A stretch of DNA of 64,000 nucleotides from an uncultured bacterium (lineage in GTDB: Bacteria > Zixibacteria > MSB-5A5 > GN15 > FEB-12). Every line of letters starts with the position of its first letter. The stretch's first letter is position 1. Positions 9,682-18,412 of the stretch are shown here, piece by piece. Both the position numbers and the translations under genes were made by a program. The DNA lies in contig CBDVDR010000012.1 in assembly GCA_965372795.1 (NCBI GenBank), positions 32,001 to 96,000 on the forward strand, read 5' to 3'. The notes beneath the pieces are model-generated. The model worked only from the letters and a program-made list of their open reading frames with translations. It made no database searches and had not been told where the DNA came from.

Positions 9682-12507
9682 CTAAAAAAGTCCTTTAAGT
9701 AAATTCTTGGCTTCTTTTTCGATAGACTTACCGGCTTCTTTTGAAATTGCTGAAATATCAATATTCATCTTTGGCTTATCAACCGTCCCCCCGATTAACA
9801 GGGGAAGTTTTATCTGGTCGACGCTTTTATCATTCAAAAACCCAGACAAATCCCCCAGCAACCCACCTTTGGAAAGAAGTTTCTTGGTCCATTCTTTCGA
9901 AAGTAAAAGCGAGCCTTTGTAATCCAATTCACCGGAAAAAGAGTAGTAACCGTCTATCGAGATAACACCAAGTTTCCCGAAACTGGTCTTTAACTGATCT
10001 AATTTGACTTTCCCGTCATTGACCTGAATATTTGTCCACATATTTCGAACCTCCTGCTCTTTATCAAAAGGTTCGCCGACTTGATTGGCCATGCTGTTTA
10101 TGGCGCTGTAGGCAAATCCGGTGGTTACAATTTTTCCCTTTTTCATATCTGCAGTTGAATTCATCGAAAGCGAATTAAGGAATTCTTCCGGCTCCCACCC
10201 AAAGGCATCATAGCTCCCGTTCAGATCAACCTTTCCGAAAATATGTCCGCCAAATTTTGAAAACCGGCTCACAAAATCATCCGCTTCAATTTGACTGGCT
10301 CTGAATTTACCGACATAATGAGGCTTGTTAAAATCGTTTAAATCAATCGTCGTATTTCCACTGACTTTCCCGGTATAAACATCTCCGCTAACATTATAAA
10401 CTTCGATAATACGATCAGCAATTTTCACATTACCTTTGACATTGGCAAGCTCAACCTGCGCATAGATCAGCGTATCAATACTCATCGTTCCCCGCCCGTC
10501 AATATCAGGCAGGATTACAATAGAGATTGAATCTTCAGGAATATTCGCCCGTTCGGTCCCTGCCCCGGGGGTAGCCTCGGGGAATAATTTATCCGTATCA
10601 AAATAATTTGATTTTAATTCAAATAGAAACAGCGGTTTCTTCGCTCGGGAACGGTCTATATTTTCAAGCGGAAGCAAATATGGAAACGGGTTGGCAAGTT
10701 TCCCTGTAAATGAAATATCACTTGAGGTAAACTTGACGGTCATCTTTTTAACTGTAATCGTATCAGGTGCGATACTAAGTGATGATTCAAAAAGTTCTAT
10801 CGGTTCCGGAAGAAGGTTATCGTTATACGATCCATTTTTAATTATTACTTCTCCCTGCGAAATTATCCGTTCCGGCTCTTCCATACTGCCGGCAAGTTTT
10901 AACCTGATGGACATCTCCCCCTTGAGTTGCGGGTCACCCTTGGGAGGAAGATATTTCGTCAGATAGGAAAAATCGAGTTCAGAATTAAAATCACCGTCAA
11001 TTTCAGGATAGATCGGATTTTCTTCAAGGCTGTCAGAAATTAAATAAGGAATCAATTTGGTGATGCGACCATTAAAATTGAAACTACCTGATGACATTTT
11101 TCCGGATAGGTTTTCTATTTTTGCCACTTTCTTATCGATATAGGTATCAATGGTAAATTCCTCCAACGGCTCTGGCAGCAAACCGGAGGAATAATATCCA
11201 TCGGTGATTTTTAATTTACCTGAATAATCCATATCTCTCAGCTTTTTGGTCTTACCCGAAATTTTCAAATCAAAATCAGCTATCCCGGAAATATCACCCC
11301 GGAAATCATCCGGCAAAAACGGGGTTATAAAAGAAAGATTCAACGAGCCGGCCAGGTTGGCATTTATGGTTGGATTCTTAAAATCATCAATTACCAAATG
11401 TCCCCGGAGCGGTTTCCCGTCGAATGTCCCCTTTTCAATATTCAACCTCAGGTTGTCCGGTTTAAAATCAATCAAAGCCCGTTCAAATTTTAACACGCCC
11501 TCAATATCTTTTTGAGTTAAAATAATATTCCCCAGAATAACCGTCCCATTGTACGACAAAACCTGTTCGCCATCAGGAACATATTCATAATCAACATCTA
11601 TCGCCAACCCGCCATCAAATTTATAATCTTTGATGACATCCAATTTCTTAGCAGGTATAAAATTTAACAAATCATCAATCATCACATTGTCTGATTTCAG
11701 ATTCCCTTTGACATAAAAATTATTTTTTGCATGTGAAACATTGGCTTTGATTTTGAGTTTCATACCATTCAAATCAAGGCGCGCCTCACTTAATTCAAGC
11801 AAGCCGACATTCATATCATAATTAGCCAAATATTTTAAATCGACCTTAAATACCGGAAGGTCGGTTTTACTTTTAACAACCAGACTGTCGATAGAAACTT
11901 CACCCTTGGATTCAAATATCCCCGGCTTATTATTGGCAAGGCTTGTGGACAGATTTAATCCCATAATTTGCATCGACAAATCAAGGCTGTCATCCCGATA
12001 ATTGATAGTGCCATTTTCGATTTCAAAATTATCAAACGACAACGCTACCGAGGCGGCTTTGGTTTCCGGAGTAAGTTTTTCGGCTATTCCCGGGGGGGCT
12101 TTTTCTTCAGCTTTTTTAAAAGTATAGTTATTGAACCCGTTCTTATTTTTGTGCATCGAGATAATCGGTTGATTGATTATTAACCGGTCGATTCGGAATT
12201 CCCCTGAGAAAAGCGGCAAAATTTGAAGTTTCAGATCAATATTTTCTGCAGTCAGGAAATTTGTTTCATCAAAATTTTCAGGCGTGCTTATTTGAACCTC
12301 GACCAGTTTCAACCCCAATCCGCCCCAGATCGAGAGATCGAGTTTTTCGATTGAAATTTCCCGTTCGAGTAATTCGCTCCCTTTTTCAATTGCCATTGCC
12401 TTAACTTTTTCTGCCGGGAAGAAAAGTTTGAATCCGACAACCACAACTAACAAAAGTCCTATAAAAACCCCTGCGGTCCAGAGAGATATTTTCAAAAATT
12501 TATTCAT
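9682..12507 (-). CDS. AsmA-family bridge-like envelope protein
   Basis: N-terminal TM anchor, LKLQILPLFSGEFRIDRL AsmA N-terminus, repeated beta segments, LPLLIGGTVDKP C-terminus. Start placed at ATG 12507. Confidence 0.85.
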   Translation of the reverse strand: MNKFLKISLWTAGVFIGLLLVVVVGFKLFFPAEKVKAMAIEKGSELLEREISIEKLDLSIWGGLGLKLVEVQISTPENFDETNFLTAENIDLKLQILPLFSGEFRIDRLIINQPIISMHKNKNGFNNYTFKKAEEKAPPGIAEKLTPETKAASVALSFDNFEIENGTINYRDDSLDLSMQIMGLNLSTSLANNKPGIFESKGEVSIDSLVVKSKTDLPVFKVDLKYLANYDMNVGLLELSEARLDLNGMKLKIKANVSHAKNNFYVKGNLKSDNVMIDDLLNFIPAKKLDVIKDYKFDGGLAIDVDYEYVPDGEQVLSYNGTVILGNIILTQKDIEGVLKFERALIDFKPDNLRLNIEKGTFDGKPLRGHLVIDDFKNPTINANLAGSLNLSFITPFLPDDFRGDISGIADFDLKISGKTKKLRDMDYSGKLKITDGYYSSGLLPEPLEEFTIDTYIDKKVAKIENLSGKMSSGSFNFNGRITKLIPYLISDSLEENPIYPEIDGDFNSELDFSYLTKYLPPKGDPQLKGEMSIRLKLAGSMEEPERIISQGEVIIKNGSYNDNLLPEPIELFESSLSIAPDTITVKKMTVKFTSSDISFTGKLANPFPYLLPLENIDRSRAKKPLFLFELKSNYFDTDKLFPEATPGAGTERANIPEDSISIVILPDIDGRGTMSIDTLIYAQVELANVKGNVKIADRIIEVYNVSGDVYTGKVSGNTTIDLNDFNKPHYVGKFRASQIEADDFVSRFSKFGGHIFGKVDLNGSYDAFGWEPEEFLNSLSMNSTADMKKGKIVTTGFAYSAINSMANQVGEPFDKEQEVRNMWTNIQVNDGKVKLDQLKTSFGKLGVISIDGYYSFSGELDYKGSLLLSKEWTKKLLSKGGLLGDLSGFLNDKSVDQIKLPLLIGGTVDKPKMNIDISAISKEAGKSIEKEAKNLLKGLF

Positions 12508-12575
12508 AATGCTCCACTCCAATTTAACTGTATACAGGCGAGACAAGTATATCTTCCCAACGCATTAATATCAAT

Positions 12576-12606
12576 AAAAAAGGCAGAGCCAAATTGACTC
12601 TGCCTT
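12576..12606 (-). terminator. Rho-independent terminator after the hydrolase gene
   Basis: AAGGCAGAG/CTCTGCCTT stem followed by a T-run on the minus strand. Confidence 0.8.
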
Positions 12607-12626
12607 ATATCATAAAATTTTAATAA

Positions 12627-13307
12627 TTAGCCCAAATCGATCATTTCTCCCGGTTTGAGAATAATTACTTCCGAGCCGGTTACTTTTTCAGCAAATTCTT
12701 CCGGTTTTGTTTCAATAATCGGAAACGTATTGTAATGAAACGGCACTACTTTTTTCGGTTGAATAAGCTCAACCGCTTTCACAGCATCGTCAATACCCAT
12801 CGTAAAATTATCACCAATCGGCAAAAAGGCCAGATCAATATCATACATAGCGCCGATCAGTTTCATATCGTAAAACAAGCCGGTATCTCCGGGATGATAA
12901 ATAGTTTTACCGCCCATTGTCACCAGGAACCCAACCGGAGGACCGGTATATCGGGAAGCATCTTCCCCATAGCCGCCGCCGTGATGCGCGATAGTGAGTT
13001 TAACTTTTCCAAAATCGAAATCATGAGCCCCGCCGATATGCATCGGATGGATTTCAGCGCCTTGACTGGCACACAGATGAGCCAATTCAAAATTCGCTAT
13101 GATCGTGGCTTTGTTACGTTTGGCAATTTCGACCCCATCCCCCACATGATCGCCATGACCATGAGTAATCAACACATGACTGACTATTACATCTTCAGCT
13201 TTGATTGGCGAGAGGGGATTTCCGGTGATGAACGGATCGATTATTACGTTATGATTATCATGCTCAAGCATCACACAGGAATGACCTAAGAAAGTAACTT
13301 TTGGCAT
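12627..13307 (-). CDS. UPF0173 metallo-beta-lactamase-fold metal-dependent hydrolase
   Basis: FLGHS, IDPF, THGHGDH, YHPGDTG, LPIGD and P-x-HY motifs. Confidence 0.93.
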   Translation of the reverse strand: MPKVTFLGHSCVMLEHDNHNVIIDPFITGNPLSPIKAEDVIVSHVLITHGHGDHVGDGVEIAKRNKATIIANFELAHLCASQGAEIHPMHIGGAHDFDFGKVKLTIAHHGGGYGEDASRYTGPPVGFLVTMGGKTIYHPGDTGLFYDMKLIGAMYDIDLAFLPIGDNFTMGIDDAVKAVELIQPKKVVPFHYNTFPIIETKPEEFAEKVTGSEVIILKPGEMIDLG

Positions 13308-13331
13308 TATAAACTCCTTTGATGTTGCTTT

Positions 13332-13392
13332 TTAAATTCAGTTCGATATTAAATTCAGCAACTTTTTAAATTCAGCGACCTTTTAAATTCAG
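13332..13392. repeat. Four direct repeats of TTAAATTCAG at an exact 17-bp period
   Basis: Copies start at 13332, 13349, 13366 and 13383. Confidence 0.9.
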
Positions 13393-13421
13393 TTCCATTG
13401 AATTATCATATATGTAATAAA

Positions 13422-13450
13422 ATATTACAGCCTCAGCCTGATTGTGTCAA
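13422..13450 (-). promoter_or_regulatory. Sigma70-type promoter for the hydrolase
   Basis: TTGACA-17 nt-TAATAT. Confidence 0.6.
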
Positions 13451-13502
13451 TATTTTAAATTTAGGGATATTTTGAATCAACCCTGCCTGATTTGATAATA
13501 AA

Positions 13503-13707
13503 CCACCCGAAGGGTGTTCTGTTGGGTCCTGATTTGCCGAAGGGAAATTGTGACCCTACAGCTTCCAATTGGGGTGGGTTTACTATTCATCCTACAAAGA
13601 GAAAATCACCCAAAGGGTGTCATTGCGAGGAGCGAAGCGACGAAGCAATCTCACACTTCGTGTGTCTATTCGAGGTTTTGCGTGGGCGGCAGACGTCCTC
13701 GTCTGCC
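13503..13707. repeat. Left cluster of REP-like palindromes
   Basis: GTAG-tagged hairpins on the minus strand at 13524-13559 and 13571-13595; GTCA-tagged element at 13618-13664; GGCAGACG/CGTCTGCC hairpin at 13688-13707; short CAC..GAA/AAA..GTG hairpins. Confidence 0.8.
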
Positions 13708-13761
13708 CCATCCTTCGTTCGATATTTTGGCAGCATCACATTGATATAGCCCTACTTGAAC

Positions 13762-14586
13762 TTATAAATTTTCATCAGAATCATTCAAACCTGAATTTTC
13801 TGAAATTTCTTTGTCATTTATATTAGCATTCTTTATAGTTTTTTTTCTTTTAATCATAGAGTTGCTTTTCTTAAGTTTCTTTAATACATTTTTTAATTCA
13901 TCTCCTTCAATCACTTCTCTTTTTAAAACCTCATTTAATAATATTCGATCTATTTCTTCAGTTGAGACTTTAACACCTGAATAAAACTTTCTTAATTCTC
14001 TCTTAATCAAATTTAACACCGGATCGGATTGAATGATTGCGCTTATGGTAAAACGATTAACATTCTTAATATGCTCATGAAACGTCTCAATTGCACCTTT
14101 ATTCAACCCTTCTTTACAGAGCAAGAAAAGGCTTTGATGGTCATCTTTCCTTTTATTGTTTAATTCGAGAAAATTGAATGAACAAATTAAATCTGAACCA
14201 ATAGGACGTTCAAATTTAATCTTGTGAATCTCCCAAAATTCTCCATTTGTTAAAACAACCCATTGAATTCCCTGATTTGAACCATAATTTAATGCTTGTT
14301 GTAAATGATTTTCTTTTAAATTTAAACCTACGGCTTTTACCTCAATTATAAATTTAATATTTCCATTCATTTTTATAGCAAGATCACAAAAGGTTCCTTT
14401 TATAGCTTGTTCACTAGTAACCTCTACATATTTATCATAGCCAAAGACCCTTGATAACATATCTGTGATAATTGTTACAGTATCAGATTCGTTCACATCT
14501 CTGTCTTTTGCACCTAATATGACTTTTTGAAATCCAGGTATTTCTTTAGTTAGCCTACTAATAACATTTTTTGGAATATTAATCAT
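13762..14586 (-). CDS. Stand-alone type I restriction HsdR N-terminal-like PD-(D/E)xK nuclease
   Basis: NESDT, CDLAI...IIEVKA, QALNY and WVVLTNG motifs; no helicase domain and no hsdM/hsdS adjacent. Confidence 0.8.
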   Translation of the reverse strand: MINIPKNVISRLTKEIPGFQKVILGAKDRDVNESDTVTIITDMLSRVFGYDKYVEVTSEQAIKGTFCDLAIKMNGNIKFIIEVKAVGLNLKENHLQQALNYGSNQGIQWVVLTNGEFWEIHKIKFERPIGSDLICSFNFLELNNKRKDDHQSLFLLCKEGLNKGAIETFHEHIKNVNRFTISAIIQSDPVLNLIKRELRKFYSGVKVSTEEIDRILLNEVLKREVIEGDELKNVLKKLKKSNSMIKRKKTIKNANINDKEISENSGLNDSDENL

Positions 14587-14647
14587 ATTACCCTCATAAA
14601 ATAAATATTATTTTCCCACGTAGAAATAATGCATGAATATTATTAAT

Positions 14648-14676
14648 ATTATAACTATTATGTATTATTATGTCAA
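14648..14676 (-). promoter_or_regulatory. Perfect-consensus sigma70 promoter for the nuclease gene
   Basis: TTGACA (14676-14671)-17 nt-TATAAT (14653-14648). Confidence 0.75.
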
Positions 14677-14721
14677 TAAATGAAATTTGACATTGAGTTT
14701 ATAAATCATTATTTTAAATTT

Positions 14722-15477
14722 ATGTTAGACAATATTAAAAACTGGTTTTTCCAAGCTCTTGATAATTCTGAAGAGCAATCAAAGTGGCAAAAGAGTGTAG
14801 GAATATTTATAGTTATCCTCATCACTTTCAATGTTGCAGCAGTTATTCTTGAAACTGTAAAAAGTATCAATGCTCAACTTTCTGAATTTTTCTATTATTT
14901 TGAAATCTTTTCTGTAGTAATATTTTCATTAGAATATGTCATTCGTATTTGGAGTTGTACAACTATCCCTAAGTACAAACACCCAATTTATGGACGCATC
15001 AAGTACGGATCTACTTTTTTAACTCTGGTTGATCTATTTGCAATATTACCTTTCTTTTTGCCAATATTTATTGGGCTTGATTTACGATTTATAAGAATAT
15101 TAAGAATGTTTAGATTCTTTAGAATTCTAAAATTGGGCAGGTATTCAAAATCAATGAAAGTTTTGGGAAATGTTTTTAATGCCAAAAAAAGTGAACTCTT
15201 TGTAAGTGTTTTTATAGTGATGATTTTATTATTGATCTCTTCAAGTTTGATGTATTTTGCAGAACATAAATCACAACCCGATATATTCTCAAGTATTCCC
15301 GCAACTATGTGGTGGGGTATTGCAACCCTTACTACAGTTGGATATGGTGATATGTACCCAATCACTGCTCTTGGAAAATTTCTTGGAGCAATCATTTCAT
15401 TACTTGGTATAGGAATGGTAGCTCTACCTGCCGGTATTTTAGCCTCGGGGTTTAGTAACGAATTGAAGGATAATTGA
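14722..15477 (+). CDS. Voltage-gated K+ channel-like ion transporter (6 TM)
   Basis: S4-like RFIRILRMFRFFRILKLGRY and TTVGYGD selectivity filter. Start moved to ATG 14722 because TTGACA (14687)-17-TATTTT lies downstream of ATG 14680. Confidence 0.9.
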   Translation: MLDNIKNWFFQALDNSEEQSKWQKSVGIFIVILITFNVAAVILETVKSINAQLSEFFYYFEIFSVVIFSLEYVIRIWSCTTIPKYKHPIYGRIKYGSTFLTLVDLFAILPFFLPIFIGLDLRFIRILRMFRFFRILKLGRYSKSMKVLGNVFNAKKSELFVSVFIVMILLLISSSLMYFAEHKSQPDIFSSIPATMWWGIATLTTVGYGDMYPITALGKFLGAIISLLGIGMVALPAGILASGFSNELKDN

Positions 15478-15589
15478 GTTAGAATTACTCCCCCATTTTC
15501 CCCACTAATTCGTTGGTGAATGAGAAACCGTACCCCTATATAAAAGGAGGAACGGTGAGTTATGTCCAAAATTTATGATTAAAAAATTA

Positions 15590-16030
15590 AAAATCACCCA
15601 AAGTGTACGCCAGAGAAAAACACACAAAGTATGCGAAATACACGAAGTGTGCAAACGAACCCATTTTCATTGTACAAGGATTCGTCATAATGATTTACAG
15701 CAATAAAATGAATATTTTCTGGAGTTTACCAAATGACAGAACTGGCAGGATCGCAGGGATCACTGCCCTACTTGTTGTCAAAAATGAGGAAACGAACCCA
15801 AATAGTTGTAATATTAAATCACAGATGAAGTTACAAGGAAATAAAAGAAAGAGTTACAAAGATAAACATGATAAATATAAACCACACAAAGTGTGAGATT
15901 GCTTCGTCGCTTCTCTCCTCGCAAAGACAAAATTGGCAGGATCACAGGGATCACTGCCCTACTTGTTGTCTAAAAGTGAAGAAACGAACCCATTTTCATT
16001 GTACAAGGATTCGTCATAATGAGTTACAGC
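15590..16030. repeat. Right mosaic repeat cluster (REP-like palindromes and AAACGAACCCA modules)
   Basis: 49-bp direct repeat 15653-15701 / 15982-16030 (1 mismatch); GTAG-tagged palindromes 15743-15771 and 15934-15962; inverted copy of the 13618 element at 15883-15929. Confidence 0.88.
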
Positions 16031-16055
16031 GAAAAAGAAATAATTTAGCGTGAAA

Positions 16056-17141
16056 TTATGCGATCAAGCCGCCGGCAAGGAGATAATCACCTTCATAAAA
16101 GACAACCGATTGACCCGGGGTAATCGCTCGTTGGTGATCCTTAAAAGTCACCTGCACCCGATCATCCGGCAAACAGACCAACTCCGCCGGCCCGGGGGTG
16201 TGAAGATAACGAATTTTCACTTCAGCCGAAAATGCCGAAGCGGTCGGTTGCATCCCGACCCAGTTAATCTGTTCCGCAATCAATTCAAATCTAAACAGAG
16301 AATCGTTTTCGCTGACAACAACCCGATTATTGGCCACATCCAGCTCTTTAACATAAAGCGGGGTCGGATGAGTTAAGCCCAGACCTTTGCGTTGCCCGAT
16401 AGTATACAGGGCGGTTCCAAGATGTTGACCGAGGACCTCGCCGTTTTCGTTAACAATTTCGCCCGGTTCGTAATTTCGGTCCTGTTTATGATGATGCTCG
16501 ATTAAAAAGCGGCGGTAATTATCATCGGGAATAAAACATATTTCGCGCGACTCGGCTTTGTCGGCCGTGCGAAGTTTATACTTGCGGGCAATCTCGCGAA
16601 CTTCGCTTTTGAGCAATCCGCCCAAAGGCATCAGAGTTTTCGAGAGTGCTTCCTGCGAGACACCCCAGAGAACATACGACTGGTCGCGGGAACCATCGAT
16701 CCCCTTTTTGATTGTGTATCTTTGATTGGGAAGTTTTTCAATTTTGGCATAATGACCGGTTGCAATATAATCGCATCCAAGTTCGAGAGCTTTTTTTAAA
16801 AAGGTATTCCATTTGACATCGGAGTTACATCGCACACACGGGTTCGGCGTCCGCCCCTGGTCGTATTCGCTGATAAAATCTTTGATAACAGTATCGCGAA
16901 AATGTTCGGACATATTTAAAACATAAAATGGGGCATCAATAGAATCACAAACAATCCGGCAATCGGTGATCGAATCAATCGTGCAGCACCGGCCGTCTTT
17001 GTAAATATCTGCGCCGACATCAACATAGTCCCACAGTTTCATATGAGCGCCGACAACTTCGTACCCCTGCTCTTTCAACAGAAAGGCGGCCACAGATGAA
17101 TCGACACCGCCGGACATAGCTACTAATACTTTTTTACTCAT
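16056..17141 (-). CDS. mnmA: tRNA 2-thiouridylase
   Basis: AMSGGVDSS, TPNPCVRCN, ATGHYA, DQSY, YTIGQRKG and PGQ motifs. Confidence 0.97.
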   Translation of the reverse strand: MSKKVLVAMSGGVDSSVAAFLLKEQGYEVVGAHMKLWDYVDVGADIYKDGRCCTIDSITDCRIVCDSIDAPFYVLNMSEHFRDTVIKDFISEYDQGRTPNPCVRCNSDVKWNTFLKKALELGCDYIATGHYAKIEKLPNQRYTIKKGIDGSRDQSYVLWGVSQEALSKTLMPLGGLLKSEVREIARKYKLRTADKAESREICFIPDDNYRRFLIEHHHKQDRNYEPGEIVNENGEVLGQHLGTALYTIGQRKGLGLTHPTPLYVKELDVANNRVVVSENDSLFRFELIAEQINWVGMQPTASAFSAEVKIRYLHTPGPAELVCLPDDRVQVTFKDHQRAITPGQSVVFYEGDYLLAGGLIA

Positions 17142-17167
17142 AAGATTTCAGATTTTTTGGCAATAGC

Positions 17168-18346
17168 TCAAGTTGCCTGACTTCCTTTTTTATAAACCGG
17201 CGATAAATCGCGCAGTCTTTCAATTATCGGTGCCAATTCGGTGACTACAAAATCGAGTTGTTCTTTCGTGGTTGATCGTCCCAAAGAAAAACGAATCGCA
17301 CCCTGGGCTCTAAGCGGTGGAATATTCATCGCCGTTAAAACATGCGATGGTTCGGTGGCACCCGAAGTACAGGCTGAACCGGATGAGACAGAGATGCCTT
17401 TGAGATCAAGCCCGAGAACAATCGACTCACCTTCGGCACCAACGAATGACAGATTTACAGTTTGCGGAATCCTATTTGCAGCAGGACTGTTAAGATAAGT
17501 ATCAGGAATATCGTTTTTGACTTGTTCAATGAAATAATCCGCCATTTTTGACAGACGTTCATAATCAGTTTCCCGGCATTTTTCGGCAATCTCCAAAGCT
17601 TTGGCAAGTCCAACCGCCCCGGCAACATTTTCAGTCCCCGGTCGGCGTTTTTTTTCGTGCGACCCGCCATAAATTAACGGTGCGATTTTTACACCGGCAC
17701 GAATAAACAAAGCACCGGTTCCCTTGGGTCCGTAAATTTTATGACCCGTCAACGACATCATATCAACGCCGAGTTCTTTGGCGTCGACCTTGACTTTGCC
17801 GATTGACTGGACCGCATCGGTATGAAAAAGGCTTTGCTTCTTTTTGACAACCTCACAGAGAGCTTTGATATCCTGAATTGCGCCGGTTTCGTTATTGCCG
17901 TGCATCACCGAAACAATTGCGGTATTGTCTTTGACTAAACTTTGAAGTTCATCGACTGATGAAAAACCTTCGCTGTTAACTCCGAGCAGATCCAGCTCGA
18001 ACTCTTTGTTATGATGCAGGTATTCGGCCGGTTCTAAAATAGCATGGTGTTCTGCGGCACCGACGATCAGGTGATTTTTTCTGGCTCCATATTGAAATAT
18101 GGTGCCGAAGATCGCCATGTTATCCGATTCGGTTCCGCCGGAGGTGAAGTATAATTCCTGCGGTTCGCAATTTATAATTTCCGCAATAGTTTCTCTTGAG
18201 TTTTCCAAAGCAACTTTTGCATCTCTTCCAAAGTTGTGAACCGAGCTGGCATTGCCGAATTTTTCGGTCAGATAAGGAAGCATCGCTTCGACAACAGCCT
18301 CGTCTACGGGAGTAGTAGCATTATGATCAAGATATATTTGTTTCAT
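17168..18346 (-). CDS. iscS: Cysteine desulfurase, IscS/NifS family
   Basis: YLDHNATT, FTSGGTES, HTDAVQ, GHKIYGPKG and SSGSAC motifs. Confidence 0.95.
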   Translation of the reverse strand: MKQIYLDHNATTPVDEAVVEAMLPYLTEKFGNASSVHNFGRDAKVALENSRETIAEIINCEPQELYFTSGGTESDNMAIFGTIFQYGARKNHLIVGAAEHHAILEPAEYLHHNKEFELDLLGVNSEGFSSVDELQSLVKDNTAIVSVMHGNNETGAIQDIKALCEVVKKKQSLFHTDAVQSIGKVKVDAKELGVDMMSLTGHKIYGPKGTGALFIRAGVKIAPLIYGGSHEKKRRPGTENVAGAVGLAKALEIAEKCRETDYERLSKMADYFIEQVKNDIPDTYLNSPAANRIPQTVNLSFVGAEGESIVLGLDLKGISVSSGSACTSGATEPSHVLTAMNIPPLRAQGAIRFSLGRSTTKEQLDFVVTELAPIIERLRDLSPVYKKGSQAT

Positions 18347-18412
18347 TTATATTCCTTCTTTATTCCAAACTTATACGCCATCAAGTAATTTTTCTCTAAA
18401 GAAAATTGTAAT

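Noticed and set aside
12735..13289. Long antisense ORFs such as 12735-13289, 14988-15569 and 2164-2526
   Set aside because: They are shadows of well-supported genes on the opposite strand.
13492..13826. Three overlapping short ORFs (also 15603-16053 and 27186-27410)
   Set aside because: They are translations of palindromic repeats (e.g. CHCEERSDEAIS, LDPRVREDD) with no protein features.
15488..15507. TGGGG repeats at about 10-bp spacing (MraZ-box-like; similar AGTGGGGAAAA near 27260)
   Set aside because: Only two copies, and no mraZ or dcw genes nearby.
15653..16030. Repeats as CRISPR or integron attC sites
   Set aside because: The spacers themselves repeat and vary in length, there are no clear RYYYAAC/GTTRRRY-bounded cassettes, and the nearby cargo genes are divergent.
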